A stretch of 64,000 nt of DNA from Candidatus Poribacteria bacterium (GCA_965116925.1 OZ220744.1:5824001-5888000), one strand, 5' to 3'. Counted from the first letter of the stretch, positions 30,015 to 42,049 are shown. Program-made: numbers and translations. The notes: generated by a model not told the origin, from the sequence alone.

Positions 30015-30839
30015 GTGGCAGTTAAAACATATTCACCCGTCACACCCAGTCGCCGATTTATCACAGGAGATGCTTTTGAAGAGGTGACCCGGCGGCAATC
30101 CGAAAAATCGCTAACAACGGGATTAAAGAAAAAGGGTGGGCGTAATTCGTTGGGGCGTATGACTGTCCGCAGGCGCGGCGGCGGGCATAAACGACGGTAT
30201 CGAGCGATTGAATTTAAGCGCGATAAATTTGGCATTCCTGCCAAAGTCGCCTCAATCGAGTATGATCCCAGTAGATCTGCCCGTATTGCTCTGCTCCATT
30301 ACGCCGATGGAGAGAAACGCTATATTATCGCACCTCTAGGACTACAAGTTGATGATGTATTGAACGCTGGTCCCGATGCGCCGATCAGAGTTGGTAACGC
30401 TCTGCCACTTGAAAGAATCCCTCTCGGCACTTCGATTCATAACATAGAAATGCAGCCGGGTAAAGGGGGGCAACTCGTACGAAGTGCAGGTGCTGTGGCA
30501 CAACTGGTAGACCGTGAAGGGAAATATGCACGGATCCAAATGCCTTCGGGCGAGGTTCGTTTACTTCCGGCGACATGTATGGCAACGATTGGACAGGTGG
30601 GTAATGTTGACCACGCAAACCTATCTATCGGTAAAGCAGGACGAAACCGATGGAAAGGACATCGCCCCAAAGTGCGGGGAGTGGCAATGAATCCACACGA
30701 TCACCCACATGGCGGTGGCGAAGGGAAAAGTGCTGGTGGAAGACATCCCGTAACACCGTGGGGAGTTCCAACCAAAGGATATAAAACAAGAGATCCTAAA
30801 AAGCGATCTGGCAGATATATCGTCAGTCGTCGGAAGTAA
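30015..30839 (+). CDS. rplB: 50S ribosomal protein L2
   Basis: [29 protein letters not shown]. Confidence 0.98.
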   Translation: MAVKTYSPVTPSRRFITGDAFEEVTRRQSEKSLTTGLKKKGGRNSLGRMTVRRRGGGHKRRYRAIEFKRDKFGIPAKVASIEYDPSRSARIALLHYADGEKRYIIAPLGLQVDDVLNAGPDAPIRVGNALPLERIPLGTSIHNIEMQPGKGGQLVRSAGAVAQLVDREGKYARIQMPSGEVRLLPATCMATIGQVGNVDHANLSIGKAGRNRWKGHRPKVRGVAMNPHDHPHGGGEGKSAGGRHPVTPWGVPTKGYKTRDPKKRSGRYIVSRRK

Positions 30840-30894
30840 TTTATTTCAATTGACATAAGATTTGTGTGTTTTTCCGATCTTGAGGAGGTATGTC

Positions 30895-31164
30895 ATGCCC
30901 CGTTCTGTGAAAAAAGGACCTTACATAGATCCAAAACTTACTAAAAAAATCGAAGTGATGAATCGGTCTGGGACCAAACGTGTGATTCGCACATGGTCAC
31001 GCAGGTCTATGGTGACCCCGGACCTGATTGGTCATACGCTTGCCATTCATAACGGCAAGAAATTTTTTCCTGTTTATATTACAGAAAACATGGTGGGACA
31101 TAAACTCGGCGAATTTTCTCCCACTCGAACATTCAGAGCGCATGCGAGTGGTGGTGCAAGATAA
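30895..31164 (+). CDS. rpsS: 30S ribosomal protein S19
   Basis: [24 protein letters not shown]. Confidence 0.97.
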   Translation: MPRSVKKGPYIDPKLTKKIEVMNRSGTKRVIRTWSRRSMVTPDLIGHTLAIHNGKKFFPVYITENMVGHKLGEFSPTRTFRAHASGGAR

Positions 31165-31275
31165 AGTATACTCAATTACTAAAACGGACTCGATTCTTGT
31201 ATTCACCCTTTGAAAAACTGAGATTATGAGCGGAAGTTTTTACAAATGCTCAAGCTAATTTAGGAGATTTTTAAC

Positions 31276-31641
31276 ATGGAAGCTCGAGCAAGTATCCGAA
31301 ACGTGCCGATTGCCCCGCGCAAAGCGCGCTTGGTCGCTGATTTGATCAAAGATCAATATGTAGAAGAGGCAATAAATCAATTAACATTTACGCATAAAGC
31401 AGCCTCTCCTGTAATCCGTAAACTGATTCAATCAGCTACCGCGAATGCACGATATAACGCACAACAGCAGGGTGCCACTATTGACGAAAGCAATCTAGTT
31501 GTCAAACAGATTGTCGTCAACGATGGTCTTACCCGAAGATGGTTTCGCCCACGGGCACGAGGTATGGCAAATAGGGTCTTGCACCGTAGATGCCATATTA
31601 CAGTCGTACTAGACGAAGAGGAAAGTGAAGATGGATATTGA
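31276..31641 (+). CDS. rplV: 50S ribosomal protein L22
   Basis: PRKARLVADLI, PRARGMA, HITVV. Confidence 0.96.
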   Translation: MEARASIRNVPIAPRKARLVADLIKDQYVEEAINQLTFTHKAASPVIRKLIQSATANARYNAQQQGATIDESNLVVKQIVVNDGLTRRWFRPRARGMANRVLHRRCHITVVLDEEESEDGY

Positions 31642-31734
31642 AAATCCTACCGGTCTTCTGAATAGGCTGCGCCATGTTCCTTTACCTCCGTCGTTCGGTG
31701 TCCTTTGCCCAAATGAATTTTGGAGGAGGTTTTA

Positions 31735-32571
31735 GTGGGACAGAAAACGCACCCGCGTGGACTACGCCTAGGCATCATCGAAAGTTGGGACTCGAAATGG
31801 TATAACGAAAAAGAGTATGCCCAATGGCTTCATGAGGATTTGAAAATCCAGTCCTTCATTAAGGAACGACTATCGCGTGCCGGCATTTCTCGTATCGAAA
31901 TCGAAAGGGTTGGCGATAGGTGTAATATTCATATACACACAGCGCGTCCCGGTATCGTTATTGGGCGGCGTGGTGTTGAAGCAGAAAAGTTACAAGCGGA
32001 TTTAGAGCATATCCTGCAGAGGGATTCGGGTTCAAACGGTGAAAGGACTGTTCGGATTAATGTCACTGAAATCAAGCGCCCTGAATTAGATGCTCAACTT
32101 GTTGCTGAAGCGGTTGCCCTGCAAATCGTACGTCGATCCAATTTTAGGCAGGCAATGAAGAAAAGTATTATCGCTTCAATGAAAGCTGGTGCCCAAGGGG
32201 TTAAAATCAGTATCGGTGGTCGACTTGGTGGCGCGGAAATGGCACGCTCAGAATCAAATATTGAAGGCAGGGTGCCGCTGCATACGCTCAGAGCGAACAT
32301 TGATTATGGCTTCGCTGAAGCTGATACAACCTACGGTAAGATTGGCATTAAAACGTGGATTTTTAAGGGAGAGGTTATTGGCAGACCGGAGCTTCCAGTA
32401 ACCGGTAGCCGTGCTACGCAGGTCCCGACTGATTCTTCTCAAAGACGCTCATCACGCTATTCAGAGGAAGAAGGACCCGCAGCGCGATCCGAAGGTAGGT
32501 CTAGACGCAGAAGAGATCAGGATAGGCGACGGGGCCCACGTAGAACCAATCGTCAAAATAGAGACTCGTAA
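31735..32571 (+). CDS. rpsC: 30S ribosomal protein S3 with Arg-rich C-terminal tail
   Basis: [32 protein letters not shown]. Confidence 0.97.
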   Translation: MGQKTHPRGLRLGIIESWDSKWYNEKEYAQWLHEDLKIQSFIKERLSRAGISRIEIERVGDRCNIHIHTARPGIVIGRRGVEAEKLQADLEHILQRDSGSNGERTVRINVTEIKRPELDAQLVAEAVALQIVRRSNFRQAMKKSIIASMKAGAQGVKISIGGRLGGAEMARSESNIEGRVPLHTLRANIDYGFAEADTTYGKIGIKTWIFKGEVIGRPELPVTGSRATQVPTDSSQRRSSRYSEEEGPAARSEGRSRRRRDQDRRRGPRRTNRQNRDS

Positions 32572-32610
32572 ACGCTTGTTCACGAGTATGAATTAGAAGG
32601 AGTAAATAAA

Positions 32611-33024
32611 ATGTTGATGCCCAAACGGGTTCTACATCGCAAAGTGCAGCGCGGAAAACGCCGTGGCAAACCTTACCGCGGTTCACGAATAGATTTCGGC
32701 GAGTATGGCTTGAAAGCAATGGAGCCGGGTTGGATCACGAGCCGCCAAATTGAATCTGCGCGACAGGCAATCACCCGTCATGTGCGTCGTGGTGGCACGG
32801 TTTGGATTAAAATTTTTCCGCATAAACCGGTAACGAAGAAACCCGCTGAAACCAGAATGGGAAGCGGGAAAGGAGCTCCTGAGTTTTGGGTGGCTGTTGT
32901 TAAACCGGGGCGCATTTTATATGAATTGAGCGGTGTCCCAGAAAACGTAGCAAAGGAAGCCCTGACTAGGGCATCCCACAAATTGCCGATTAAGACGAAG
33001 TTTATCAGTCGAACGGGAGAATAA
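32611..33024 (+). CDS. rplP: 50S ribosomal protein L16
   Basis: [13 protein letters not shown]. Confidence 0.97.
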   Translation: MLMPKRVLHRKVQRGKRRGKPYRGSRIDFGEYGLKAMEPGWITSRQIESARQAITRHVRRGGTVWIKIFPHKPVTKKPAETRMGSGKGAPEFWVAVVKPGRILYELSGVPENVAKEALTRASHKLPIKTKFISRTGE

Positions 33025-33031
33025 TCAAACA

Positions 33032-33238
33032 ATGACCGCTAATGAGTTACGCAGCAAATCATCTGAGGAGTTGGAAAGCGACCTTCAAGATTTTAAGGAT
33101 ACTGCGTTCAACATCAAGTTCCGAAGACTATTAGGGCAACTTGAAGATACATCCCAATTACAAAAAGTCAAGAAGGATATCGCACGGATTCATACCATTC
33201 TTCGTCAACGTGAACTGGGGATTGAAGAGTCACCATAA
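33032..33238 (+). CDS. rpmC: 50S ribosomal protein L29
   Basis: KKDIARIHT; synteny. Confidence 0.93.
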   Translation: MTANELRSKSSEELESDLQDFKDTAFNIKFRRLLGQLEDTSQLQKVKKDIARIHTILRQRELGIEESP

Positions 33239-33260
33239 CTATAGTTACGAGAGGAAAAGC

Positions 33261-33536
33261 GTGGATAAGCATCAGCGATGGAACCGTAAGTTCAGAACAG
33301 GTACTGTAACAAGTGATCGGATGGATAAAACAGTTGCTGTTGAAATTGTGCGGACTTATCAGCACCCCCTTTATAAGAAAATTGTGAGACGTTCCACAAA
33401 GATTCTGGCTCACGACGAACAGAATGAGTGTCGTGTCGGCGATCTCGTCCAGATTGTCGAAGTTCGGCCACTTAGCCGTCGTAAACGTTGGAAAGTTCGC
33501 CAAATTGTCTCCAAGACAGAATCAATGGATGTGTGA
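33261..33536 (+). CDS. rpsQ: 30S ribosomal protein S17
   Basis: GTVTSDRMDKT, HPLYKK, RPLSRRKRW; GTG start with RBS. Confidence 0.95.
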   Translation: MDKHQRWNRKFRTGTVTSDRMDKTVAVEIVRTYQHPLYKKIVRRSTKILAHDEQNECRVGDLVQIVEVRPLSRRKRWKVRQIVSKTESMDV

Positions 33537-33574
33537 AGTGGAAGACGGGGTTAAACTCAGGAAGGTAATGACCA

Positions 33575-33943
33575 ATGGTTCAAGCATATACTCTATTGAA
33601 TTGTGCGGATAATACAGGCGCAAAGCAGCTTATGTGTATTCGCGTGCTCGGCGGTAGTAGAAGGCGCTACGCACGAGTCGGAGATGTAATTGTGGCAAGT
33701 GTGAAAGAAGCAAATCCAAATAGCCAAGTTAAAAAGGGAGATGTTGTACGGGCTGTCGTAGTACGTGCAACCAAGGAACATCGCAGGCTCGATGGTTCTT
33801 ATATCAAATTCGATAGGAATGCTGCCGTATTGATTGATGCTCAGGACCAGCCTCGTGGAACACGCATTTTCGGGCCCGTTGCTCGTGAACTGAGAGAAAA
33901 AGCATTTGCACGAATTGTCTCTTTAGCCCCAGAGGTCATTTAA
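33575..33943 (+). CDS. rplN: 50S ribosomal protein L14
   Basis: [21 protein letters not shown]. Confidence 0.98.
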   Translation: MVQAYTLLNCADNTGAKQLMCIRVLGGSRRRYARVGDVIVASVKEANPNSQVKKGDVVRAVVVRATKEHRRLDGSYIKFDRNAAVLIDAQDQPRGTRIFGPVARELREKAFARIVSLAPEVI

Positions 33944-33965
33944 AGCCCCCTAGGAGGTAGTACCG

Positions 33966-34316
33966 TTGCAAACCAGATTTCACGTAAGAAAAAACGACCA
34001 CGTGGTCGTATTGACCGGGAAGGATAAGGGTAAAACAGGCGTTATTCTAGAAATGCTTCCGCATAAACGCCGTGCCACTGTTGAAGGGATCCACATGATC
34101 AAAAGGCATACCCGTCCGAACCCGCAAGCACCGCAAGGTGGCGTCGTGGAAAAAGAAGGGACAATTAATATCGCTAACCTAAAGCTGATTTGCCCAAAAT
34201 GTAACGCGCCCACTCGAACAAAGCGCAGTACCTTTGAGAAGGAAATTGGAGGGCGGACGAAAACATACCACGCCCGTGTCTGCAGAAAATGTGGTGAGTC
34301 TGCTGAACGCGACTAG
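33966..34316 (+). CDS. rplX: 50S ribosomal protein L24 with CxxC..CxxC tail
   Basis: GKDKGKTG KOW motif, CPKC..CRKC. Confidence 0.95.
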   Translation: MQTRFHVRKNDHVVVLTGKDKGKTGVILEMLPHKRRATVEGIHMIKRHTRPNPQAPQGGVVEKEGTINIANLKLICPKCNAPTRTKRSTFEKEIGGRTKTYHARVCRKCGESAERD

Positions 34317-34368
34317 TTGAGATGAGACCTGTCCCAAGGGAGTTACGCAACCTATAAGGTAAGAATTA

Positions 34369-34911
34369 ATGAGTGTATTTAAAGCTTTTTATCAAGACGA
34401 AGTTTTCACAGCGTTGCAGCAACGTTTCAATTATCCAAATGTTATGCAGGTGCCAAAACTTAACAAGATAACTCTCAATATGGGGGTTGGTGCTGCTATA
34501 CAGGATTCAAAACTTTTGGATAACGCTGCCGAAGAGCTGACACAAATCAGTGGTCAGCGGGCAGCTATTACCCGTGCCAAGAAATCTGTGTCAGCCTTCA
34601 AGGTCCGCACAGGTATGGCTATCGGCTGTAAGGCAACCTTGCGACAGGATAGGATGTACGAATTTTTTAATAAACTTGTCAACGTCGTCCTGCCCCAGAT
34701 TCGTGATTTTCGTGGACTCTCCCCGGATTCCTTCGACGGGCGCGGTAATTACTCTTTGGGTCTCCAGGAGCAAGTCATTTTTCCGGAGATTGAATACGAC
34801 ACCATAAGCGAAGTTCGTGGATTAAATATCACCATTGGAACAACTGCTCCAACTGATGAAGAAGGGCACGAGTTGCTCCGCCTAATGGGAATGCCGTTTA
34901 GAGAATCTTAG
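34369..34911 (+). CDS. rplE: 50S ribosomal protein L5
   Basis: [22 protein letters not shown]. Confidence 0.97.
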   Translation: MSVFKAFYQDEVFTALQQRFNYPNVMQVPKLNKITLNMGVGAAIQDSKLLDNAAEELTQISGQRAAITRAKKSVSAFKVRTGMAIGCKATLRQDRMYEFFNKLVNVVLPQIRDFRGLSPDSFDGRGNYSLGLQEQVIFPEIEYDTISEVRGLNITIGTTAPTDEEGHELLRLMGMPFRES

Positions 34912-34958
34912 CACGTATATGCCACCCTTTGATAGTAGTGAAGGAAAGGAGCCTTCAT

Positions 34959-35144
34959 TTGGCAACAAAAGCTCTTATTGCCAAGCAAAAAAGAACCCCG
35001 AAGTTTCAGGTTCGAAAATATAATCGTTGTCGTAACTGTGGCAGGGCCCGCGGTTATCTGCGAAAGTTTGATCTTTGCCGAATCTGTTTTCGCCTCTTCG
35101 CAAGATCGGGTAAAATTCCGGGAGTCACAAAGGCAAGTTGGTAG
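34959..35144 (+). CDS. rpsZ: 30S ribosomal protein S14, zinc-binding short type
   Basis: [22 protein letters not shown]. Confidence 0.95.
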   Translation: MATKALIAKQKRTPKFQVRKYNRCRNCGRARGYLRKFDLCRICFRLFARSGKIPGVTKASW

Positions 35145-35180
35145 TGCCTGACTTGTCGGCACGAGTAAAGGAGAAAACTG

Positions 35181-35579
35181 ATGTCAATGACAGATCCGGT
35201 TGCGGATATGCTGACCCGTGTTCGCAATGCGAATATGGTTGGACATGAACGCGTCGAAATCCCCGCATCAAAACTAAAAATGGAGATCACCCGCACACTA
35301 CATGAGGAAGGGTATATCCGCAATTATCGTTGGATTGATGACAGCAAACAGGGCATTTTGCGCATCTATTTGAAGTATGGCGAAGGCAAAGAAAAGGTTA
35401 TAACGGGACTCAAGAGAATTAGCAAACCAGGACGGCGCGTCTACGTGAAAGCGGACCAGCTTCCTAGTGTGTATGGAAATTTAGGGATTGCTATATTATC
35501 GACCTCACAAGGTATTAAGACAGCCTCCGAATGCAGGAAATCCGGCGTTGGTGGTGAAGTCCTCTGTTATATTTGGTAA
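35181..35579 (+). CDS. rpsH: 30S ribosomal protein S8
   Basis: [27 protein letters not shown]. Confidence 0.97.
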   Translation: MSMTDPVADMLTRVRNANMVGHERVEIPASKLKMEITRTLHEEGYIRNYRWIDDSKQGILRIYLKYGEGKEKVITGLKRISKPGRRVYVKADQLPSVYGNLGIAILSTSQGIKTASECRKSGVGGEVLCYIW

Positions 35580-35609
35580 TTTTTCAGTTTGAATTCGGAG
35601 ACGAATACA

Positions 35610-36176
35610 ATGTCACGAATAGGACAAATGCCAATCAGGATGGATTCAAAAGTTAAGATAGCTTTGGACCAAAACGACATTACTGTTGAAGGTCCAAAAG
35701 GCACTCTCAACTGGACAATTCCAGCAGGCATAGCAGTCAATTTAGAAGACGAATTCATCAGGATTGATAGATTAACAAACCAGAAATCACACAGATCGTT
35801 ACACGGATTGACACGGAGCCTTATCGCCAATATGATAACAGGTGTGACCGAAGGTTTTGAAAAACAACTCATCCTCGTTGGCGTTGGCTATCGTGCGGAA
35901 ATAGACCGCCAGAAACGTCTAGTCTTAAATGTTGGGTATTCTCACCCAGTAACCTACGCGCCCCCTGAGGGTATAACCCTAAGTGTCGGTGATTCCGAAA
36001 CTGTGGGGGGGCAACCTCACACACCAATAACTGTGAGCGGTATTGACAAAGCAGTTGTGGGGCAGGTTGCTGCTTCAATCCGTCAGATCAAGAAACCCGA
36101 AGTCTATGAACCTTCCAAAGGGCTCCGTTACGAAGGTGAACGCGTCCGTAACAAGGAAGGTAAAACTGGGGTGTAG
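35610..36176 (+). CDS. rplF: 50S ribosomal protein L6
   Basis: MSRIG, GVGYRA, GYSHPV. Confidence 0.96.
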   Translation: MSRIGQMPIRMDSKVKIALDQNDITVEGPKGTLNWTIPAGIAVNLEDEFIRIDRLTNQKSHRSLHGLTRSLIANMITGVTEGFEKQLILVGVGYRAEIDRQKRLVLNVGYSHPVTYAPPEGITLSVGDSETVGGQPHTPITVSGIDKAVVGQVAASIRQIKKPEVYEPSKGLRYEGERVRNKEGKTGV

Positions 36177-36342
36177 GGTAGCGGTTTAATTGCTATATTT
36201 TGTAGACTAAAGGATCTACAAGTCGGTCAGCCAAAATTATCGTAGCTGGATTTGTCGATTTTTTTTATCGAAATTTCCTTTAGGTCTGTATCCCAAACAT
36301 TTATGTTTGTGGAGTATGTCAATAATATTGGAGGAACAATCG

Positions 36343-36711
36343 TTGGATCGGTCTAAGGCAAAATACATCGCGAGGCATAAGCGACAGAAACGGATACGAG
36401 AAAAAATAATTGGGACTAAAGAAAGACCGAGGCTTTCGGTTTTCAGGAGTTTGAAGCATATTTACGCCCAAATTATTGATGACGAAGCCGGCAACACGCT
36501 TATTGCAGCCTCAACCCTATCACCAGAGTTGAAAGACAGCTTGTCAACACAAGGCAACATTAGTGCAGCACAGCAGGTGGGGACATTAATCGCTCGCCGA
36601 GCAAAAGAGCATCAAATTGAATCAGTAGTCTTTGACCGTGGTGGAAATCTGTATCACGGAAGAATTAAAGCACTTGCTGAGGCTGCTAGAGAAGAGGGAC
36701 TCCGATTCTGA
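36343..36711 (+). CDS. rplR: 50S ribosomal protein L18
   Basis: [22 protein letters not shown]. Confidence 0.96.
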   Translation: MDRSKAKYIARHKRQKRIREKIIGTKERPRLSVFRSLKHIYAQIIDDEAGNTLIAASTLSPELKDSLSTQGNISAAQQVGTLIARRAKEHQIESVVFDRGGNLYHGRIKALAEAAREEGLRF

Positions 36712-36783
36712 AAATTGCAAGAGAAACTGCCATCGGCGTGTTCGCAAGATGAACTGACGCTTGATAACGAAGGAGAATTGCTT

Positions 36784-37287
36784 TTGAGGGAAAGAATAAA
36801 TCCGGCTGATTTTGAATTTGAGGAACGTCCAATAGATATCAACCGTGTGATGCGTGTTCGCAAAGGCGGACGAACACCTAGCTTTAATGCGCTTTCTGTC
36901 GTTGGAGATCAATCGGGTGTGGTTGGACTTGGCTTTGGGAGTGCAAATGAAATCCCATCAGCTATAGGTAAAAGTATCGCTGATGCGAAAAAAAACCTGA
37001 TTCGCGTGCCTCTATCAGGAAATACTATCCCCCATGAAATCATTGGGAAATATGGCGGTGCCAAGGTTCTGCTCAAGCCAGCTAGCCCCGGTACTGGGAT
37101 TATCGCCGGGCCCGGAACGAGAGTCATTTTGGAGTTTGCCGGGGTGCAAGATGTACTGACCAAGCGACTCGGTTCTCGAAATGTAAAAAACACCGCAGAA
37201 GCCACCATGGAAGCCCTAAAAGGTCTAAAGGATATCAACGACGTGGCTCGTCTTCGTGGAAAAACAGTTGAGGAACTGCTCGACTAA
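36784..37287 (+). CDS. rpsE: 30S ribosomal protein S5
   Basis: KGGR, VVGD, PASPGTGIIAG. Confidence 0.95.
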   Translation: MRERINPADFEFEERPIDINRVMRVRKGGRTPSFNALSVVGDQSGVVGLGFGSANEIPSAIGKSIADAKKNLIRVPLSGNTIPHEIIGKYGGAKVLLKPASPGTGIIAGPGTRVILEFAGVQDVLTKRLGSRNVKNTAEATMEALKGLKDINDVARLRGKTVEELLD

Positions 37288-37294
37288 TCTTTTT

Positions 37295-37448
37295 GGCTCA
37301 TATAAAAAGAGGGTGCAAAGCACGCCGGAGCAGCTGAGGTTTTAACAAAGGTTCAATAGGCGGGGAAACCAGATGCCCTGCCTACGGTAGAGCTTCTGTA
37401 ATTCCGATTGGGTGCGCCTAATTCGTTCGGAAAATTTAGTCCTGAACC
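37295..37448. mobile_element. Degenerate GGCTCAT-family MITE between rpsE and rplO
   Basis: ggctcatataaaaagagggtgcaaagcacg left end; internal taggcgggg..ccctgcctac; decayed right end. Confidence 0.6.
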
Positions 37449-37500
37449 AAAATAAGAACTTCTAATCGTAACAGCCAATCGATAAAATGGAGAAATATTG

Positions 37501-37947
37501 ATGAAACTAAACGAACTCAAACCTGCAGAAAATTCGACACGTAATCGGAAGCGAGTTGGGCGTGGCGACAGTTCGGGTTGGGGTAAAACTTGTGGTCGTG
37601 GTCATAAAGGGCAAAAATCCCGTTCTGGTGTCTCCATTCCTGCGTGGTTTGAAGGGGGACAGATGCCATTGGTGAGACGCTTGCCGAAACGGGGGCCCAG
37701 AAGAATTGCACATAAACGGACTGAATATGAGATTGTAAATATCCAGACCCTAAACCATTTTGACAACGGGACAACGATTACCCCTGAAATTTTGCGAGAA
37801 AATGGTATTACAAAGAAGAAAGATGGGAAGATTAAAATCCTCGGAGAAGGTAACCTCGAAAAACAGCTAACGGTACAGGGGCACCGATTCTCAAAGTCTG
37901 CTATTGAAAAGATAGAATCAACAGGCGGTAGCATTGAGGTGATTTAA
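37501..37947 (+). CDS. rplO: 50S ribosomal protein L15
   Basis: RVGRG, GHKGQKSR, FEGGQMPL. Confidence 0.97.
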   Translation: MKLNELKPAENSTRNRKRVGRGDSSGWGKTCGRGHKGQKSRSGVSIPAWFEGGQMPLVRRLPKRGPRRIAHKRTEYEIVNIQTLNHFDNGTTITPEILRENGITKKKDGKIKILGEGNLEKQLTVQGHRFSKSAIEKIESTGGSIEVI

Positions 37948-39294
37948 GTGATTAAGGCATTCCAAAACGCTTTCAAAATTCCAGAATTGCGGCAGCGGAT
38001 TATCTTTACAGCCCTACTGCTAATTGTTTATCGCTTGGGCGCACACATCACACTTCCCGGCATTGACGATATCGAATTAGAAAAGTTTTTTGATAGTCTG
38101 AGAGGCCGCACTGGTGGAAGCGTCTTGGATTTCGTTGATCTCTTTTCCGGTGGTGCCTTCAAGCAGATGACAATCTTTGCACTTGGTATCCAACCGTATA
38201 TCAGCGCATCAATTGTCATGCAGCTCCTCACCGTCGTTATCCCCTTCCTTGAGAAACTATCCAAAGAACCGGACGGACGGAAAAAGATCACCCAATATAC
38301 GCGGTATGCCACTGTTATTCTTAGTGCAATTCAGGGTGTCATGATCAGCCTGATGTTGCAAAGGCCTGGAGCCATTATTAGCAGTGAAAACATTGAGATT
38401 GTGACGAATCCGGGTATCTGGTGGACTTTGCTAACCATGATCACCTTGATGGCTGGTACCTCCTTCGTTATGTGGCTCGGCGAACAAATTACAGAACGGG
38501 GAATTGGTCAAGGCATTTCCCTAATTATTACAATTGGTATCCTGTCGGGGATGCCGGGTGGAATTCAAACAATATTCAATCAACTCCTTAATCGTCAAAT
38601 TGACCTTCCAAAACTGGTCATCTTCCTCGCTTTGGGAGTTGTGGCGATTATGGGAACTGTGTATATCACCTTCTGTGTCCGCAAAATTCCTGTTCAATAT
38701 GCACGGCGAGTTGTGGGACGTAAGGTGATGGGAGGACAAGCAACCCATATCCCACTGCGCGTCAATGCAGCCGGCATGATCCCAATTATTTTCGCCGTTA
38801 CCTTGATGCAGTTCCCTGCAACGGTTCTGGGGCTTATGCAAAGTCAATTTCCCACATGGGCATGGATTGGGGGATTAATAGCAGTCTTCAGCGCAACGAG
38901 CCCCTTATATTGGACGATCTACGCCCTTCTAATTATCGGTTTCACATACTTCTACACAGCTGTTCAGATTAATCCCGTGCAAATGGCGGATGACTTGAGG
39001 AAATATGGTGGCTTTATTCCGGGCATTCGTCCGGGGAAAAAGACCGCAGATTATATTAACGATACCTTAACTAGAATTACTTTACCCGGTGCGGTATTTC
39101 TCGCTGCAATTGCGGTTTTCCCTTTGCTTCTGCAAGGCTGGCTCGGCACTGGAGCATTAATCAGTGGTGCCTCAGTCTTAATTGTTGTCGGCGTCGTATT
39201 AGATACAGTGTCACAAGTTGAATCCTATTTGACCATGAGACATTACGAAGGGTTCCTGAAGGATAGACGTGTGAGGGGACGTCGCACAAGATAG
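37948..39294 (+). CDS. secY: Preprotein translocase SecY
   Basis: ALGIQPYISASI, WLGEQITERGIG, IPGIRPG. Confidence 0.98.
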   Translation: MIKAFQNAFKIPELRQRIIFTALLLIVYRLGAHITLPGIDDIELEKFFDSLRGRTGGSVLDFVDLFSGGAFKQMTIFALGIQPYISASIVMQLLTVVIPFLEKLSKEPDGRKKITQYTRYATVILSAIQGVMISLMLQRPGAIISSENIEIVTNPGIWWTLLTMITLMAGTSFVMWLGEQITERGIGQGISLIITIGILSGMPGGIQTIFNQLLNRQIDLPKLVIFLALGVVAIMGTVYITFCVRKIPVQYARRVVGRKVMGGQATHIPLRVNAAGMIPIIFAVTLMQFPATVLGLMQSQFPTWAWIGGLIAVFSATSPLYWTIYALLIIGFTYFYTAVQINPVQMADDLRKYGGFIPGIRPGKKTADYINDTLTRITLPGAVFLAAIAVFPLLLQGWLGTGALISGASVLIVVGVVLDTVSQVESYLTMRHYEGFLKDRRVRGRRTR

Positions 39295-39321
39295 GGTTCA
39301 TTTTCCAGTGAAGGAGAGATG

Positions 39322-39438
39322 ATGAAAGTCCGTGCATCAGTAAGAAAAATGTGTAATCAGTGCAAGATTATCAAAAGAAAAGGGGTTATCCGCGTTATCT
39401 GTGCTGCGGATCCAAAGCATAAGCAAAGACAAGGTTAA
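39322..39438 (+). CDS. rpmJ: 50S ribosomal protein L36 (38 aa, not in the ORF track)
   Basis: Hand translation [47 protein letters not shown]. Confidence 0.95.
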   Translation: MKVRASVRKMCNQCKIIKRKGVIRVICAADPKHKQRQG

Positions 39439-39471
39439 GTACTTTACCTAGTACGCAAGGAGGAACAAGAC

Positions 39472-39867
39472 ATGGCAAGAATTGCTGGTGTTGATTTACC
39501 CCGAACCAAGAGGATTGACATTGCCCTGACCTATATTTATGGGATTGGGCACCAAACCGCTTCAAAAATGGTCGAGGATCTGCATATTGATCCCGCCAAA
39601 AAGTCCCAAGATCTTGACGAGTCCGAAATCAGCCGGCTAAGAGAAACAATTAACCAAGATTACCAGGTGGAAGGAGACTTACGACGTGAAGTCGAGTTGA
39701 ACATCAAACGGCTGATGGACATCAATAGTTATCGCGGGTTGCGCCACCGCCGGCAGTTACCGGCACGGGGCCAGCGAACGAGCACTAATGCACGCACGCG
39801 CAAAGGGAAAGCAAAGACTATTTCGGTCGGAAGAAAGGCGAAAGAAGCGGCACGCAAGGGTGGTTAA
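39472..39867 (+). CDS. rpsM: 30S ribosomal protein S13
   Basis: [19 protein letters not shown]. Confidence 0.97.
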   Translation: MARIAGVDLPRTKRIDIALTYIYGIGHQTASKMVEDLHIDPAKKSQDLDESEISRLRETINQDYQVEGDLRREVELNIKRLMDINSYRGLRHRRQLPARGQRTSTNARTRKGKAKTISVGRKAKEAARKGG

Positions 39868-39905
39868 TCCCACTTGTGCATTAAGCTTCAGAAAGGAGAT
39901 CAGTT

Positions 39906-40298
39906 TTGCAAGATTCAGGTTCCGCCAACCGTCGAAGGCGGAGAGAACGAAAGAATGTTTCTGAAGGAATTGCACATATCCAAGCAACCTTTAATAATAC
40001 GATTATTACGATTACCGATCTCAACGGAAATGCAATTGCTTGGGCAAGTGCAGGTAGTAGCTTTCGCGGTTCTCGGAAATCCACGCCATTCGCTGCCCAA
40101 CAAACAGCGGAAACCTGTGCTAGGAAAGCGATGGAACATGGCATGAAACGAATTGAGGTAAGGGTCAAAGGACCAGGCTCCGGCAGAGAGTCCGCAATTC
40201 GATCTCTCTCAGCAGCTGGACTAGAAATTACCGCAATGAAAGATGTAACTCCAATTCCTCATAACGGTTGCCGACCGCCCAAACGGCGGCGCGTCTAA
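39906..40298 (+). CDS. rpsK: 30S ribosomal protein S11
   Basis: [28 protein letters not shown]. Confidence 0.97.
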   Translation: MQDSGSANRRRRRERKNVSEGIAHIQATFNNTIITITDLNGNAIAWASAGSSFRGSRKSTPFAAQQTAETCARKAMEHGMKRIEVRVKGPGSGRESAIRSLSAAGLEITAMKDVTPIPHNGCRPPKRRRV

Positions 40299-40356
40299 CG
40301 TTTGAAAGTTGGGATTTTAAGAAAGGGGGAACTGGTCCTAATTTAACCAGAAAAGG

Positions 40357-40983
40357 ATGAGCAAATATTTAGGTTCTGTATGTAAGTTATGCCGAAGAGA
40401 AGGTGAAAAACTTTTTTTGAAGGGACAACGCTGCGATTCCCCGAAGTGTTCATTTGAGCGCCGTAGTTATCCGCCCGGTCAACATGGTCAAAAACTGCCC
40501 AAAGTCAAAGATTACGGACGCCAATTACGCACCAAGCAGAAATCGAAGCGCATCTATAGCATTTTAGAAAAACCGTTTAAGAACTACTATACAAAAGCCG
40601 CACATCAGAAAGGTGTTGTGAGAGAGAATTTGCTGACATTATTGGAGTGCCGGTTGGACAACGTGGTTTACCGTCTCGGTTTTGCCAACTCACGCTTGCA
40701 GGCTCGACAACTTGTCACACATAATCATTTCCTTGTGAACGGGAAAAGGGTCAATATTCCTTCTTACCTGATACAACCTGGCGATGTTATTCAGACACGC
40801 GAGAAAAGTCGTAACGTGGCAGTGATTCAAGAAGCCTTAGACCGTTCTCAACACCGGGGCACACCAGATTGGCTTGAGTTGGATATCGACAAACAAGAGG
40901 GAGTTGTTAGAATGTTGCCAAACGTCGAGCAACTTGCCACAGACCTCCAAACACAGTTAATCGTTGAACATTACTCCAAATAA
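40357..40983 (+). CDS. rpsD: 30S ribosomal protein S4 (zinc-finger type)
   Basis: [23 protein letters not shown]. Confidence 0.97.
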   Translation: MSKYLGSVCKLCRREGEKLFLKGQRCDSPKCSFERRSYPPGQHGQKLPKVKDYGRQLRTKQKSKRIYSILEKPFKNYYTKAAHQKGVVRENLLTLLECRLDNVVYRLGFANSRLQARQLVTHNHFLVNGKRVNIPSYLIQPGDVIQTREKSRNVAVIQEALDRSQHRGTPDWLELDIDKQEGVVRMLPNVEQLATDLQTQLIVEHYSK

Positions 40984-41011
40984 CACAGCTACTTGTAGGA
41001 GGGTAAGATAG

Positions 41012-41995
41012 ATGACAGGGCGGGAAATCACCAAGCCAAAACACCTCATTACGGACCTTGATAACTTGCGGCCTGATTATGGGAAATTTATCGCCGAACC
41101 GCTTGAGCGAGGATTTGGAACGACTATTGGTAACTCGCTTCGACGCGTTTTGCTTTCTTCGATTCAAGGTGCTGCTGTTATTGCTGTTGCTATTGATGGA
41201 GTGAAGCATGAGTTCTCGACGCTTGATGGGATGAAAGAGGATGTTACCCAGGTTCTCCTGAACCTTAAAGAAATTCGATTCCGAGTTCACACCAATGAGG
41301 TGATCACCCTGGTTTTATCCGCAGAAGGCTCCGGTAACATTACAGCAGCTGATATTCAACCGAACGGACAGGTTGAAATCATCAACCCGGACCAACATAT
41401 TGCAACGCTCGACCAATGCGATGGTTTGAATATGGAGATCCAGGTTTGTCGAAGCAGAGGATATGAGTTTGGGGAAGAACATCTGAACTATAATCAACAG
41501 ATTGGCGTTATCCCGGTCGATTCCAAGTTTTCGCCGGTCAGAAAAGTCAATTTCTTGGTTGAAGAAACACGGGTCGGGCACATGACCAACTATGACCGGC
41601 TTATCCTAGAAGTGTGGACAGATGCGAGTATCACTGCAAAAGAAGCGGTTACACAAGCCTCGGACATTTTGTTAGATCAATTTCGGCTCTTTAGCGATTT
41701 TGATGAAACCTACGTGGAGCCAGTCGAAGAAGTTGACGAAGAAGAACTACAGCGTGAGAAATGGCTATCGAAGCCTGTTGCGGAACTCGAACTTTCGGTG
41801 CGATCCGCCAATTGTCTGGAAGCTGCGAAGATTACAACCATCCGAGATCTTGTGGTCAAGACTGAACCAGAGATGTTGAAATTTCGTAATTTCGGCAGAA
41901 AATCCCTGAACGAGATTAAGGATATTCTGTCGGAGATGGGCCTGTCTTTAGGGATGACCCTCGGCAATGGCAATGACAATGGCAATGATGATTAA
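41012..41995 (+). CDS. rpoA: RNA polymerase alpha subunit
   Basis: [38 protein letters not shown]. Confidence 0.98.
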   Translation: MTGREITKPKHLITDLDNLRPDYGKFIAEPLERGFGTTIGNSLRRVLLSSIQGAAVIAVAIDGVKHEFSTLDGMKEDVTQVLLNLKEIRFRVHTNEVITLVLSAEGSGNITAADIQPNGQVEIINPDQHIATLDQCDGLNMEIQVCRSRGYEFGEEHLNYNQQIGVIPVDSKFSPVRKVNFLVEETRVGHMTNYDRLILEVWTDASITAKEAVTQASDILLDQFRLFSDFDETYVEPVEEVDEEELQREKWLSKPVAELELSVRSANCLEAAKITTIRDLVVKTEPEMLKFRNFGRKSLNEIKDILSEMGLSLGMTLGNGNDNGNDD

Positions 41996-42049
41996 GTTGC
42001 CCAAAATACAGTGTTGAAAATCCCGATCTATCGGGGAGGATGGACAATC

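Noticed and set aside
23731..41985. Many antisense and alternate-frame ORFs over ribosomal genes
   Set aside because: Shadow ORFs of conserved genes with no independent support.
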